A stretch of DNA of 20,000 nt from Priapulus caudatus (taxonomy: Eukaryota), in contig NW_014577072.1 in NCBI RefSeq assembly GCF_000485595.1, positions 678,593 through 698,592 of the forward strand, in the 5' to 3' direction. This document shows, in pieces, positions 1 through 10,974 of this stretch. Both the position numbers and the translations under genes were made by a program. A model generated the notes under the pieces. The model did no database searches. It was not told the DNA's origin and saw only the letters and a program-made list of their open reading frames with translations. Each line of letters opens with the position of its first letter. The stretch's first letter is position 1.

Positions 1-92
1 ACAGCAGCAGTAACAACAACAACAACAACAACAACAATAATAGCAGCAGCAAAAACAACAACAACAACAACAACAACAACATTAACAAAAAC

Positions 93-139
<47 letters not shown>

Positions 140-155
140 CAGTAGCGGTGGCGGC
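1..155. repeat. Compound trinucleotide microsatellite (AGC/AAC/AAT/AGT, ending in GGC)
   Basis: Runs of (AAC)n and (AGC)n seen directly; truncated by the window start. Confidence 0.95.
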
Positions 156-286
156 TTCTCCGACGCTCCGGCTCTGTCGGCTGCGTTGATTCCGAGCAAA
201 TATCGTCTCCATGCGAGGAGCGCCTGATTCGCGCGCGAGTAACTCCCTCATGACGCGGATGTAAGCATCTCTTGGAGCTCCGCGCT

Positions 287-323
287 GCCGCTACCGCCGC
301 CGCAGCAGCAGCAGCAGCAGCAG
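287..323. repeat. (GCC)n grading into (CAG)7 microsatellite
   Basis: gccgctaccgccgccg followed by CAG repeats at 303-323. Confidence 0.9.
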
Positions 324-995
324 TCTTCCTAGCGAGAGACGTGAGGATATGACGGTGCGCCGCCTGGCAGCTTTCTACAGTGAACGAGCGGCGCAGACGC
401 TACGGGCGCTGTTCGACGACGCAGCGCTGACACTCTCCTGTCGACGTCGCAGTGACAGGTGAAAACTGGAGGATCACACTGTGTGCCATCGCGCGAAATC
501 ACTTGTATGACGCACAACAATGCGAGAGACAATAATTCCATTACGGCTGCAATTTGCGCGATAGCTTATCGGATAGACGCACATCGATTATCGTCGCGTT
601 TTGTGACGGGTCCGCGTTGACGGGCCTCCGCCGTGCGTGCATATCTGCACACGTAGGCGCGCGCGCCGCACGCGAAAACCGCGCTGCAGCCGCCGCCACC
701 GCTCGTCGGGCTGCACGGCAAATCGCCCGCGTTCAGATTGATTTGTCGAGCTTTCGCTGTTTTGCTATTAAAAACGATTGCCACTGAATTATGAATGTGC
801 CGCCTAAATGGAACTCGGTAACCGCGCATTGCCGTAGTGGAGGCGTGCATATGATATCGTGCGAGTGAGCGCGTTGCCTTTGAGAGCGCGCGGATGAAAA
901 GGATGGAAGTGATATACGTGTCTACGATAACTACAAAGCGCCTGATGCTGCTGCTCATTCACATAGCCGCCACTGTGTGCACTGCAGGTAATGCG

Positions 996-1077
996 GGCTC
1001 AAGGATAGAGAGCATGTCCAGTAATAAACATCATCCTATCCTATCCCCGTCCTGGACATTATCTCTATTCTTGAACC
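996..1077. mobile_element. 82-bp miniature inverted-repeat element (MITE) with 26-bp TIRs and a perfect 8-bp TSD
   Basis: Left TIR 996-1021 GGCTCAAGGATAGAGAGCATGTCCAG vs right TIR 1052-1077 CTGGACATTATCTCTATTCTTGAACC (22/26 complementary). GTAATGCG lies immediately outside both ends (988-995 and 1078-1085). Confidence 0.85.
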
Positions 1078-1552
1078 GTAATGCGTATACACTTCGTGAT
1101 ATCTCTATATTCTCTGTGTCGTAATGGTTCGTATTGTCATGGGTAAAGATGACATGTGCATGCATTCAGCCGTAAAAGCCGTCAGAAGCGATATTGCATT
1201 ACCATTAGGGGAAGGCCCGTGCTACATCTGACGCAATTTCGCAGCAAACCATACCGCCAGCGGCCATGCGAAGTTCGCACAACGAGAGAAACAGACATCT
1301 GTAAATACAAAATGCCGCGGAGTGATGCACGAATGCATCGTGGCCTCCGCTGCATGCGCTCCATGAATTACTATTAAGCTGGCGATTCCCTGGAGTAGCA
1401 GCGGCATCGAATTGCTAGTCAACGTGTTAGGTCTATCACATGATTGCCCTGGCGTAGCTGCTCGGGCTGGAACTCTGATAGCTGAGCGTGAACCATGGCC
1501 ACGTAATCGTGGTCACGTCGGGCGGATGCGCGGTACGACGGGCGGCTGCACA

Positions 1553-1959
1553 CACAGGCACTTGGAGCGTTTCAATAAAATATAATGCGAAATGAATACG
1601 AAATCTATTTACTACCAAAGTCTTAATGTTTCTATACTCTCTTTCACCTATTATTGCCGACAATTTCCTGTAAATGCCGTCCAAATTCTCATCTGCAAAC
1701 GCTGGCTGCCGCCATGGCTGCCGCTGCACACTGACACATAAATATATAGTCTATAATAGCTATATATTTATGTATCAGTTTGCAGCGGAAGCCATGGCGG
1801 CAGCCAGCGTTTGTTGCAGATGAGCATTTGGACGGCATTTACAGGAAATTGTCGGCAAAAATAGGTGAAAGAGAGTATAGAAACATTAAAACTTTGGTAG
1901 TAAATAGATTTCGTATTTATTTAGCATTATATTATATTGAAACGCTCCAAGGGCCTGTG
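1553..1959. mobile_element. 407-bp foldback (fully palindromic) non-autonomous DNA transposon
   Basis: Two ~200-bp arms that are near-exact reverse complements, centred near 1755 with essentially no spacer. Termini CACAGG...CCTGTG. Flanks GCTGCACA (1545-1552) and GCAGCACA (1960-1967) form a 7/8 candidate TSD. Confidence 0.85.
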
Positions 1960-3116
1960 GCAGCACACACCGGAGTTGCGCACGAAACACGATCTGTATT
2001 TATTTTCACGACTCGTTCATATTAATTTAGCGTCGCGCAATTCTCCCATGCATCATACTCGAGTAAGTACTAGGTGCTGCACGAGTATGGCGCAGCGGCA
2101 TATAGATTTGCTCTCACCGTGCGCCGAGATATTGAATTGACCACATACCACGATTTGCGTTGCGAATAATATGAGAAATATTCGCACGTCGTTGATTACC
2201 GTACAGCGCACATATCGAAATGCGCGCATTATTGCGTCGCCTGCTGATTTTCCCTTACTTACGCATTCAAATTTGCATAATTCTACCTTAAATTGCGACA
2301 TTTCTATTTTCCATGTAATATGCGGATCGGGATGAAAAGAAATTGGGATAACGCAAAAGCCATTAGCATATACACCGTCGAGCCAACTTGTTTGGCTGAC
2401 ATTTCATTAATAATGCTCTCCGCTACTAACTGGACTCAATTAATCCTGATATATCGTGCAATTTCCTACGATGTTTAAACTTGTCGAGACGTTCAGACAG
2501 CGTAAAATATTATCACGAGGCTACATCGCCGGATGTTCCCATGTGCCAGCCCGTTAAAGCGACGTTAAAAAATTCTGGTGCAATCCATCTTGTTAAACTT
2601 GATATGTTTCCGCCAAGATATCAAGCCATCACTTCTTTGTCACCGTAACATACCGCACAGTACGGCCTCTAAGAGCGTCTCGCGGTTATCATTTGTTTTA
2701 CAGACGCGCGACGCGTTTTTTTATTGTCTTGGTAAGATTTCATTCTGACATTGTCAGCGCGTGTTTCGTCGATTCGTGTCTCGCTCTGCGTCTGGCTGTT
2801 GTTTCGAAGAAATTTTTTCGCCGGCGTCTTGTATACGCAATTATTATTCATGCAGTTTCGCTGAGTGAATGCGCATCGCAGCATTGTGAATAACCTAGCC
2901 GCGCTGCGTCCATTTCGTCGCGATCTGAGGTGTTAGTTGAATTGCGACAGCCATCGTGTGTAGGGCAGCTGTGGCACCTTGCCCTTATCCCCCTCTTATG
3001 TGTACGTGCGATATATGTGAGTGCGTGTGCCTGCGCGCGTTCAAGTATGTGAGCTGCGTGTGTATTCGTGTTTGCGTTTGTATACGTGTGTCTGTTTGTC
3101 CATGTATGTGTGTGTG

Positions 3117-3118
<2 letters not shown>

Positions 3119-3196
<78 letters not shown>
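3119..3196. repeat. (TG)n microsatellite
   Basis: Pure TG run seen directly. Confidence 0.98.
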
Positions 3197-3200
<4 letters not shown>

Positions 3201-3352
3201 TATCCCTCACTAGATGAGCTGGATGAGAGAATGTGAGAGTGAGGAGATGGGGAACGCAAGAGAGAGAGGGCTACGAGAAGAAAGAGACAGAGATAGACAT
3301 GCAGAGAGAACGAGAGAGCGCGCGAGGGAGAAACATAGATAGAGATAGGGAG

Positions 3353-3392
3353 AGATAGATAAATAAATAGATAGATAGATAGATAGATAGAT

Positions 3393-3430
<38 letters not shown>

Positions 3431-3457
3431 GATAGATAGATAGATAGATAGATAGAT
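3353..3457. repeat. (GATA)n microsatellite
   Basis: GATA units seen directly, preceded by a GA-rich tract at ~3210-3352. Confidence 0.95.
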
Positions 3458-4970
3458 GATGGATGGATGGATGGATGGTGGAGGATATGGATGGATGGAT
3501 GGATGGATGGATGGATGGATGGATGATGGATGGATGGATGGATGGATGATGGATGGATGGATGGATGGATGGATGGATGGATGGATGGATGATGGATTGG
3601 ATGGAATGGATGGATGGATGGATGGATGGATGGTGATGGATGGATGGAGGATGGATGGATGATGGATGGATGTGATGGATGGATGGATGGATGATGATGG
3701 ATGGATGGATGGATGATTGGATTGGATGGATGGATGGATGGATGATGGTGGATGGATGGATGGATGGCATGGATGGATGGATGGAAGTGATGGATGATGG
3801 ATGGATGGAGGGATGGATGGTGATGGATGAGGATGGATGGATGATAGGATGGATGGATGTTAAAGAAAGATGGATGGATGGTGGGTGGGTGTTAGAGTTG
3901 GGTGGGTGGGTGGGTGGATAGATTGATTGATTAATGGATGCATGAATGGATGGATGGGATGGATGGATTGGATTGGATGATGGATGGATGATGGATGGAT
4001 GGATGATGGATGGTGGATGGATGATGGATGGATGGATGGATTGGAGATGGATGGATGGATGGATGGATGGATGGATGGATGGATGGATGGATGGATGGAT
4101 GGATGGATGGATGGATGGATGGATGGATTGGATGATGGATGGATGGAATGGATGGATGGATGGATGGATTGGATGGATTGGATGGATGGATAGATGGATG
4201 GATGGATGGATGGATGGATGGATGGATGATGGATGGATGGATGGATGGATGGATGGATGATGGGATGGATGGATGGATGAGTGGATGGATGGATGGATGG
4301 ATGGTATGGATGGACTGATGGATTGAGATGGATGGATGGATGGATGATAGGATGGATGGAATGGATGGATGAATTGGATGATGGATGAATGGATGGATGA
4401 ATGGATGGATGACGATGGATGGATAGGATGGATGATGGATGAATGGATGGATGGATGGATGGAGAATGATAAATGAATGAATGGATGGATGGATGGATGG
4501 ATGGATGGATGGATGGAATGGATGTGGATGGATGGATGGATGGATGGATGGATGGATGGACGGACGGATGGATGGATTGTGTGATGGATGGATGGATGGA
4601 TGGTGGATGGATGGATGATGATGGATGGATGGATGGATGGATGGATGGATGGATGGACTGGATGATGGATGAATGGATGATGGATGATGGATGGATGGAT
4701 GGATGGATGGATGGATGGATGGATGGATGGATGGATGTATGATGGATGGATGATGTGGATGGATGGATGGATGGATGATGGATGGATGGATGGATGAATG
4801 GCATGGATATGGATGGATGGATGATGGATGGAATGGATGGATGGAAGGATGGATGGATGAAATGGATGGATGGTATGATGGGGATGGATGGATAGATGAT
4901 GGATGGATGGATGGATGATGGATGGATGGATGGATGACATGGAGGATGGATGAATGAATGGATGGATGGC
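3458..4970. repeat. Degenerate (GGAT)n array, ~1.5 kb
   Basis: GGAT units with many 1-nt indels; this array produces the spurious MDGW and HPSI ORFs. Confidence 0.97.
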
Positions 4971-5054
4971 ATGCATGGTTTGGATGGCATGGTTGGAGTG
5001 GATGGATAGCGTAGCTGGTTAGACATTAGATAGATAGATAGATTAGATATGTAA

Positions 5055-5079
5055 NNNNNNNNNNNNNNNNNNNNNNNNN
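5055..5079. other. Assembly gap (25 N)
   Basis: Exactly 25 Ns counted. Confidence 0.99.
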
Positions 5080-5494
5080 ACGTTTATTCTTGTAAAGATT
5101 TTCATCGAACATCACGCGGTGCGCGATCGGGTGGGTTCTCGGGCTCGCGTTCTTGCGTGTCGGAAGAAATCGCCGGCGTACTTGTATACGCAAATTTATT
5201 TCATGCGTTGTCGCTTGAAGTGAATGCGCATTCGCTGCATTGTGTGAATTTTTAACCAGCGCGCTTGCGTTCCATATCGTTCGGATTCTGTAGGGTTTAG
5301 GGTTGAATTTGCGACAGCCATCGTGTGTAGGGCACTGTGGCCCTGCCCCTTATCCCCCACTTAATGTGTTACTGCGAGATTATTTTGAGTTGCGTGTGTG
5401 CCTGCGCGAGCGTTTCAGGGTATTGTTGAGCGCGTGTTGTATCGTGTTTGCGTGTATACGTGTGTCGTTGCCATGTATCGTTGTGTGGCATGTG

Positions 5495-5561
<67 letters not shown>

Positions 5562-7457
5562 CGCGCGTGCGTGTGTGTATTCACGAGCGAGTAGACTGGT
5601 GCGCTCGAGTGTGTGTGTGTGTGTCGCGTATCCCTCACTAGATGAGCTTGGATGAGAGAATGTGAGAGTGAGAGATGGGAACGCAAGAGAGAGAGGGCTA
5701 CGAGAGAAAGAGACAGAGATAGACATGCAGAGAGAACGAGAGAGCGCGCGAGGAGAAACATAATAGAGAATAGGGAGAGATAGATAAATAAAATAGATAG
5801 TAGATAGATAGATAGATAGATAGATAAGATAGATAGATAGATAAGATAGATAGATAGATAGATTAGATAGATAGATAGATGATGATGGATGATGATGGAT
5901 GAGGTGGAGGATATGGATGGATGGATTGGATGGATGATGGAGGATGGATGATGGATGGATGGATTGGATGGATGGATGGATGGAGATGGATGGATGGATG
6001 GATGGATGGATGGATGGATGGATGGATGGATTGGATGGATGAGGATGGATGGATGGATGGATGGATGGATGGATGGATGGAGGATGGATGGATGGATGGA
6101 TGATGGATGGATTGGATGATGGATGGATGGATTGGATGGATGGATTGGATGGATTGGTGGATGCGATGGATGGATGGATGGATGGATGGATGGATGCTGG
6201 ATGGATGGATGGTGATGGATGGGATGGATGGAGTGGTATGGATGGATGGATGGATGGATGATGGATGGATGGATGTAAAGAAATTAGATGGATGGATGGT
6301 GGGTGGGTGTGTAGATTGGGTGGGTGGTGGGTGGATAGATCTGATTGATTAATGGATGCATGAAGATGGATGGATGGCATGGATTGGATGGATGATGGAC
6401 GTGATGGATGGAGATGGATGGATGATGGATGGCTGGATGGAGATGGATGGATGGATGGATGGATGGATGGATTGGATGGATGGATGATGGATGGATGGAT
6501 GGATGGATGGATGGATGGATGGATTGGATGGATGGATGATGGATGGATGGATGGATTGGATGGATGGATGGATGGATGGATGGTATGGATTTGGATGGAT
6601 GGATGGATGGATGTATGGATGGATGATGGAGATGGATTGGATGATGAATGGATGGATGGATGGATGGATGGATGGATGGATGGTGGATGGATGGATGGAT
6701 GAGAATGGATGATGGATGGATCGGATTGGATGGATGGATCGGATTGGATGGATTGGATGGATGGATGGATGATGGATGGATGGATGGATGAATTGAGTGG
6801 ATGAATGGATGGATGAATGGATGGATTGAGGATGATAGATGATGTGATGAATGGATGGATGAGGATGGAGGATGGATTAGAATGAGATGAAATGGATGGA
6901 TGGATGGATGGATGGAGATGGATGATGGTGGATGCATTGGATGGATGAGATGGATGGATGGGATGGATGATGCGGACGATTGGATGGATTTGTTGGATGG
7001 ATGGATGGATGTGAGATGGATGATGGGATGGATGGATGATAGTGATGGATGGAATGGATGGATGGATGTGATGGATGGTGAATGGATGGATGGATAGATG
7101 GATGGATGGATGGATGGATGGATGGATGGATGGATGGATGGATGGATGTATGCATGGATGGATGGATGTGGATGGATGTGATGGATGGATGGATGGATGG
7201 ATGGATGGATGGGAATGGAATGGATGGATTGGTGGATTGATGGATGATGATGGATGGAGGATGGATGGATGATGGATGGATGGAGTGGATGGATGGATGA
7301 TAGATTGGATGGATGAGTGGATGTGAATGATGGATGGATGGATGGATGAATGATGGATGGATGAATGAATGGATGGATGCATGCATGGTTGGATGCATGG
7401 TTGGATGGATGGATAGCTAGCTGGTTAGATAGATAGATAGAGATAGATAGATATGTA
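5080..7457 (+). repeat. Copy 2 of the ~2.3-kb block (indel-rich at its start; probable false duplication)
   Basis: Begins immediately after the gap as a noisy copy of the sequence from 2711. Same order: leader, (TG)n 5497-5553, GA-rich tract, (GATA)n 5779-5880, (GGAT)n 5881-7412. Confidence 0.9.
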
Positions 7458-7647
7458 GATAGATAGTATAAGATTAGAATAGATAGATAGATACTAGATA
7501 CCTAGATATAAATAGATCAGAAGATAAAGATAGATAGACAGTAGATGACTACAATAATAGATTGAGTAGATACGATAGGATAAGATAGATAATAAGATAG
7601 ATAGATAGATTAGATAACAATAGATCGTTAGATAGATAGAATTAGAT

Positions 7648-7697
<50 letters not shown>

Positions 7698-7784
7698 TAT
7701 AGATAGATAGATAAATAGATAGAGCGAGAAAGAGAGCGAGAAAGAGACAGAGAGAGAGAGACAGAGAGCGACGAGAGCGAGAGA
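7427..7784. repeat. (GATA)n then (GA)n-rich microsatellite closing the compound array
   Basis: Degenerate then clean GATA units to ~7722, followed by a GA-rich tract to ~7784. Confidence 0.93.
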
Positions 7785-9334
7785 TATAAATATAATTACT
7801 GTCCACTTTTCAACGAAGCTATATGAAAGAGTATCGGGTGGAGAATCCATCTCTCCGCATATCTCACCGCTTGAAGATTATATGCAGCTAGTTTTGCCGT
7901 TAATATAAATATAGAGCTGCTTTTAGGCTAGATTTTAATAATGCCACGCTTTGATGTTCCCGTCCCTCCCCCAAACGTAGTTTACATGGAAATAACCCAG
8001 TAACGATCGCGTACGTGAGCGGGCCTCGGCCACTGTCGTTCCTCCTAGCTGATGCATATTACGCAAGCAGACCGTCTCCGGATTCTCGTAAATCTTACCC
8101 GCAAATCTGTTTTCGCGATCTTTAATAATACACGACAGTAACAAGCTCATCATCGGCTCATCAGCCGCGTCCGCGTACCAAGGGACATTAGAAGCATTGT
8201 GAATAGCGCCGTAGCAGCTGAGCTCCAAACCCCCGAAAATGCCACTGCGCATTTAGGCGTTTTAGCCAACACATGAGCTATGCGTTCATTAATTATACAA
8301 GGACGTGCGAAAAAGCCTGGTCGTCGGAGATATCCCGCTGTACTATTTACGAAGTCACTTAGCCTCGGCGATGTTGTAGCAACCCCCGCGACCCACCAAG
8401 TGGATTTACTTCTCTCTTTGATAATGCGTTCGCATGCGCGTCGTAAGAAGTTGGCTCAGCGTGACTGCCTCCCGCAAACATTTGTCATCTGACGCGTATA
8501 ACCTCTCCTTACAGCTACCTATCCAATGTTTTATGGTTTAGGTTAGTGTCATTTGCGACTGACCGCTGCATTAGAGCACCCGATTGTCGTTGACGTCTCC
8601 AGTACGATGGCCAACAAACAGACTCGGCGCGGTATCGGCCATGTACGTACAGTCGAACGCAGCAACGCTGTGTTTAAACTTTCACTCGAAGATTGTTAAA
8701 GCCTCCCAGGTTGACGAGTTTCCATAATAAAACTTTAAAGCTGATCAATACGAAGCTACTCGTCAAAGCACGACGTTTGTTTCCCCCATAGACTGCGGCA
8801 GGCATAGACGGATGATCAATGACTTACTTGCTGTGATATGATGCTGGCGAGCATGCACATATCCTGCATGGCGTGATTAAAATCGAACCTAGGCTCATTT
8901 TCGATTTTACTCGACTTCTCCGAAGATAAAGGACGTTATGCAATTTCTACTAGAGCACGCTCCGTGGAGCATCCTATATGTATGGCTAAAATAATCATAT
9001 GGACATTATTATTTTCCTTAAATTCACGTGCGACTTTATCGATCCTACCCTTACATTTCTATTTACTGGTTACGCGTATACGGAGTAAATAGATATATAT
9101 AAAAAAAACTGTCTGTCTCGTGAATACTGGCGGTTCATTGATGATTGACATTAATTGATTAGATTATATTTATAAAATAAAAAAACGGACCGAGATTAAC
9201 CAACCAAACGCTGAAGTGACACGATTAATGCACAACCAAGCATGATTCTGCATTTCGCTTGATATCATCACGTTAAATTAATGAATTGCCGATTTTTTCC
9301 CAATTTGTCTGCAGTCGCGAGTGCAGGCACGTTA

Positions 9335-9616
9335 AGCCTAGCGCAGACCTGCGATTTTTGGTTGCTCGTCGCTGCAATCTACAACCGCAAGCGATCGGTC
9401 GATGTGCCACCACGTGTGCGCACACATGCGATTTCTAGAGCGATTGGGAGCGACGAGTCGCTCAAAATCAAAACAGTTTGATTTCTTGCAACACGTCGCA
9501 AGCGACCAGAATCGCTACGGGTTGCAGTTGCACGTTTCCGCAGACGTAGCGATTTCACAGCAATTTCTAGAATCGCTGTCGAGTTGCATGAAAAAGTCGC
9601 AGGTCTGCGCTAGGCT
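9335..9616. mobile_element. 282-bp PIF/Harbinger-type (Tourist-like) MITE
   Basis: 25-bp TIRs AGCCTAGCGCAGACCTGCGA(T/C)TTTT (24/25; 9335-9359 and 9592-9616). TTA on both flanks (9332-9334, 9617-9619) is the 3-bp TWA TSD of PIF/Harbinger. Central palindrome AAATCAAA-acag-TTTGATTT at 9465-9484. Confidence 0.9.
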
Positions 9617-9857
9617 TTACACATGTACAGTTCCGGCTAACCTCTAGAAACGCACAGAGGAAGGCGACCTAAATGTAACTAAAACAAGGTTCCGCCCCTA
9701 CTCAGAATATTACATTTTTTTCTCAATTCTGAATATTGACCGAAAACGTACAGCGGATTTGAATTGAACAGTATTTACGCAGAATATATGCACTAATGCA
9801 ATGCCATGGCAATTCCATGCGCAGCACCACTTTCGTTGGGCGGGGTCAAGAGTCTGA

Positions 9858-10890
9858 CGTCACGCGCAGTGGCTAAGTGGTACGGGGTTTCCACTTGATT
9901 GTTCTCTTAAAGGGTTCGAGAGCCTACAGAGACATAGAGCCTTTGGTCTTTTGATGGGAGCGCTGAATTTGCAAGCGCCTCGCTGGAGCTGGTGGGTGTA
10001 TAAGCCCATATACACGAGCCCATTACTCCGTGACGCACACGCTGGTCCATAATTATCGCAGCGAGTGTACCATTCGCCATGCTTCGTACAAATGGTTCGC
10101 AAGTGCGTCAAAAATATTCTACAGGTATAACTAAGCCCTGAGGCTTGCTGTAGGTAATCACTACGGCGTATGAGTCTTAAATGATTCACTTGATGTGCTA
10201 CGCAAATGTCGATAACAACCACACATATAAATGCGCCAATAACCCAGGAATTTGCTGTATAAGATAATGTATATATTTAACAAACAGAATAGTTCCGGAT
10301 AGTCAGTGACAATCAGTGTAGCGGTGATCTTGCGAGTGGTGGCTCCTATTAGCAGATAGTAGTAGAGGGTAGAGGCTGGCCTGTGTTGAATCCTTCGAGC
10401 AGTGTCGTCGGTCGGTAGGGTGCTAACGGTGACGTAATATTCTCCAAGTAGGATCATCAGTTAGCATCTCCAGATGGCAGCGTCTCCAAATAGGAGGGCA
10501 GAGGTGTCCTAGGTGGACTGACTCATCGTGAGCCAGCCGCCGTGGCCGGAGCCAGTCGGCTGACGGTCCTGCTCTCGGCTCGACTGTCTCTGCTCTGAGT
10601 GTCTCTCCTCTGGTTGACTTCTCAAGAGGGCGTATTTATTACAAAACTGCGTGCCGTGACTTGGACTTGAGGACAAGAGGGTGATACCTGTGATTTTATG
10701 CCTCTTTTATATCCCCCTGCCTACATTTTTACCTATTTGGTTTACCGCAGATTGCATAGATTCACAGCAGGCCTACGTTCTATCTAGGTTGTTGAGCTGT
10801 CGGCAAACTTGTAAGAAACGTCACCTATGTTTTTTAATTGTTTAAAGGACCTGCTGGCATACATAGTTAAATTCTAACATAGTCGTGACA
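9858..10890 (-). mobile_element. Putative isolated LTR (~1.03 kb), unrelated to the Gypsy element downstream
   Basis: Minus strand starts TGTCACG (10890) and ends CGTGACG (9858), a 6/7 terminal inverted repeat. Minus-strand TATAAAA (10705-10711) and AATAAA (10635-10640). No credible ORF, no TSD and no second copy in the window. Confidence 0.35.
9870..9924 (+). promoter_or_regulatory. tRNA-like RNA polymerase III internal promoter (A box plus imperfect B box)
   Basis: TGGCTAAGTGG (9870-9880) matches the A-box consensus TRGCNNAGYGG. GGTTCGAGAGCC from 9913 resembles the B box GGTTCGANNCC, at tRNA-like spacing. No acceptor stem, so not an intact tRNA. Confidence 0.45.
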
Positions 10891-10974
10891 TTTCTCCAAG
10901 TTTAACACTAAAATTATAACGGCCGAGATGGTCCGTTATTATACACGCATCCACTGGTAGCCCCGCAACCCGCC

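Larger units (their letters stand above)
2711..5054 (+). repeat. Copy 1 of a ~2.3-kb block (unique leader plus GT/GA/GATA/GGAT compound microsatellite) repeated after the gap
   Basis: Shares ordered landmarks with 5080-7457, e.g. ttgcgacagccatcgtgtgtagggca, cgcgtatccctcactagatgagc, gattgattaatggatgcatgaa, gcatgcatggtt. Confidence 0.9.

Noticed and set aside
1..228. Open frames through the trinucleotide tract (poly-N/S or poly-T/A) as a possible low-complexity exon
   Set aside because: Triplet repeats are trivially open; the poly-Q frame has stops; there is no recognisable domain or splice evidence.
1436..2025. Two near-identical divergent ORFs (MQRQPWRQPAF / MQRKPWRQPAF)
   Set aside because: They are mirror translations of the two arms of the palindromic element and start at non-ATG codons.
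2054..2089. Small hairpin catactcg...cgagtatg with CTAG in the loop, a possible Helitron end
   Set aside because: CTAG lies inside the hairpin rather than downstream of it, and no 5' end or copy is visible.
2848..7850. Long ORFs (588, 388 and 655 aa; HPSI, MDGW, CV and TH repeats)
   Set aside because: Translations of GGAT, GATA and GT microsatellites.
8878..8909. 10-bp stem taaaatcgaa...ttcgatttta
   Set aside because: Short and AT-rich with no TSD; compatible with chance.
9863..9935. Intact tRNA gene
   Set aside because: A/B-like boxes are present but the acceptor and D stems do not pair; kept only as a tRNA-like promoter.
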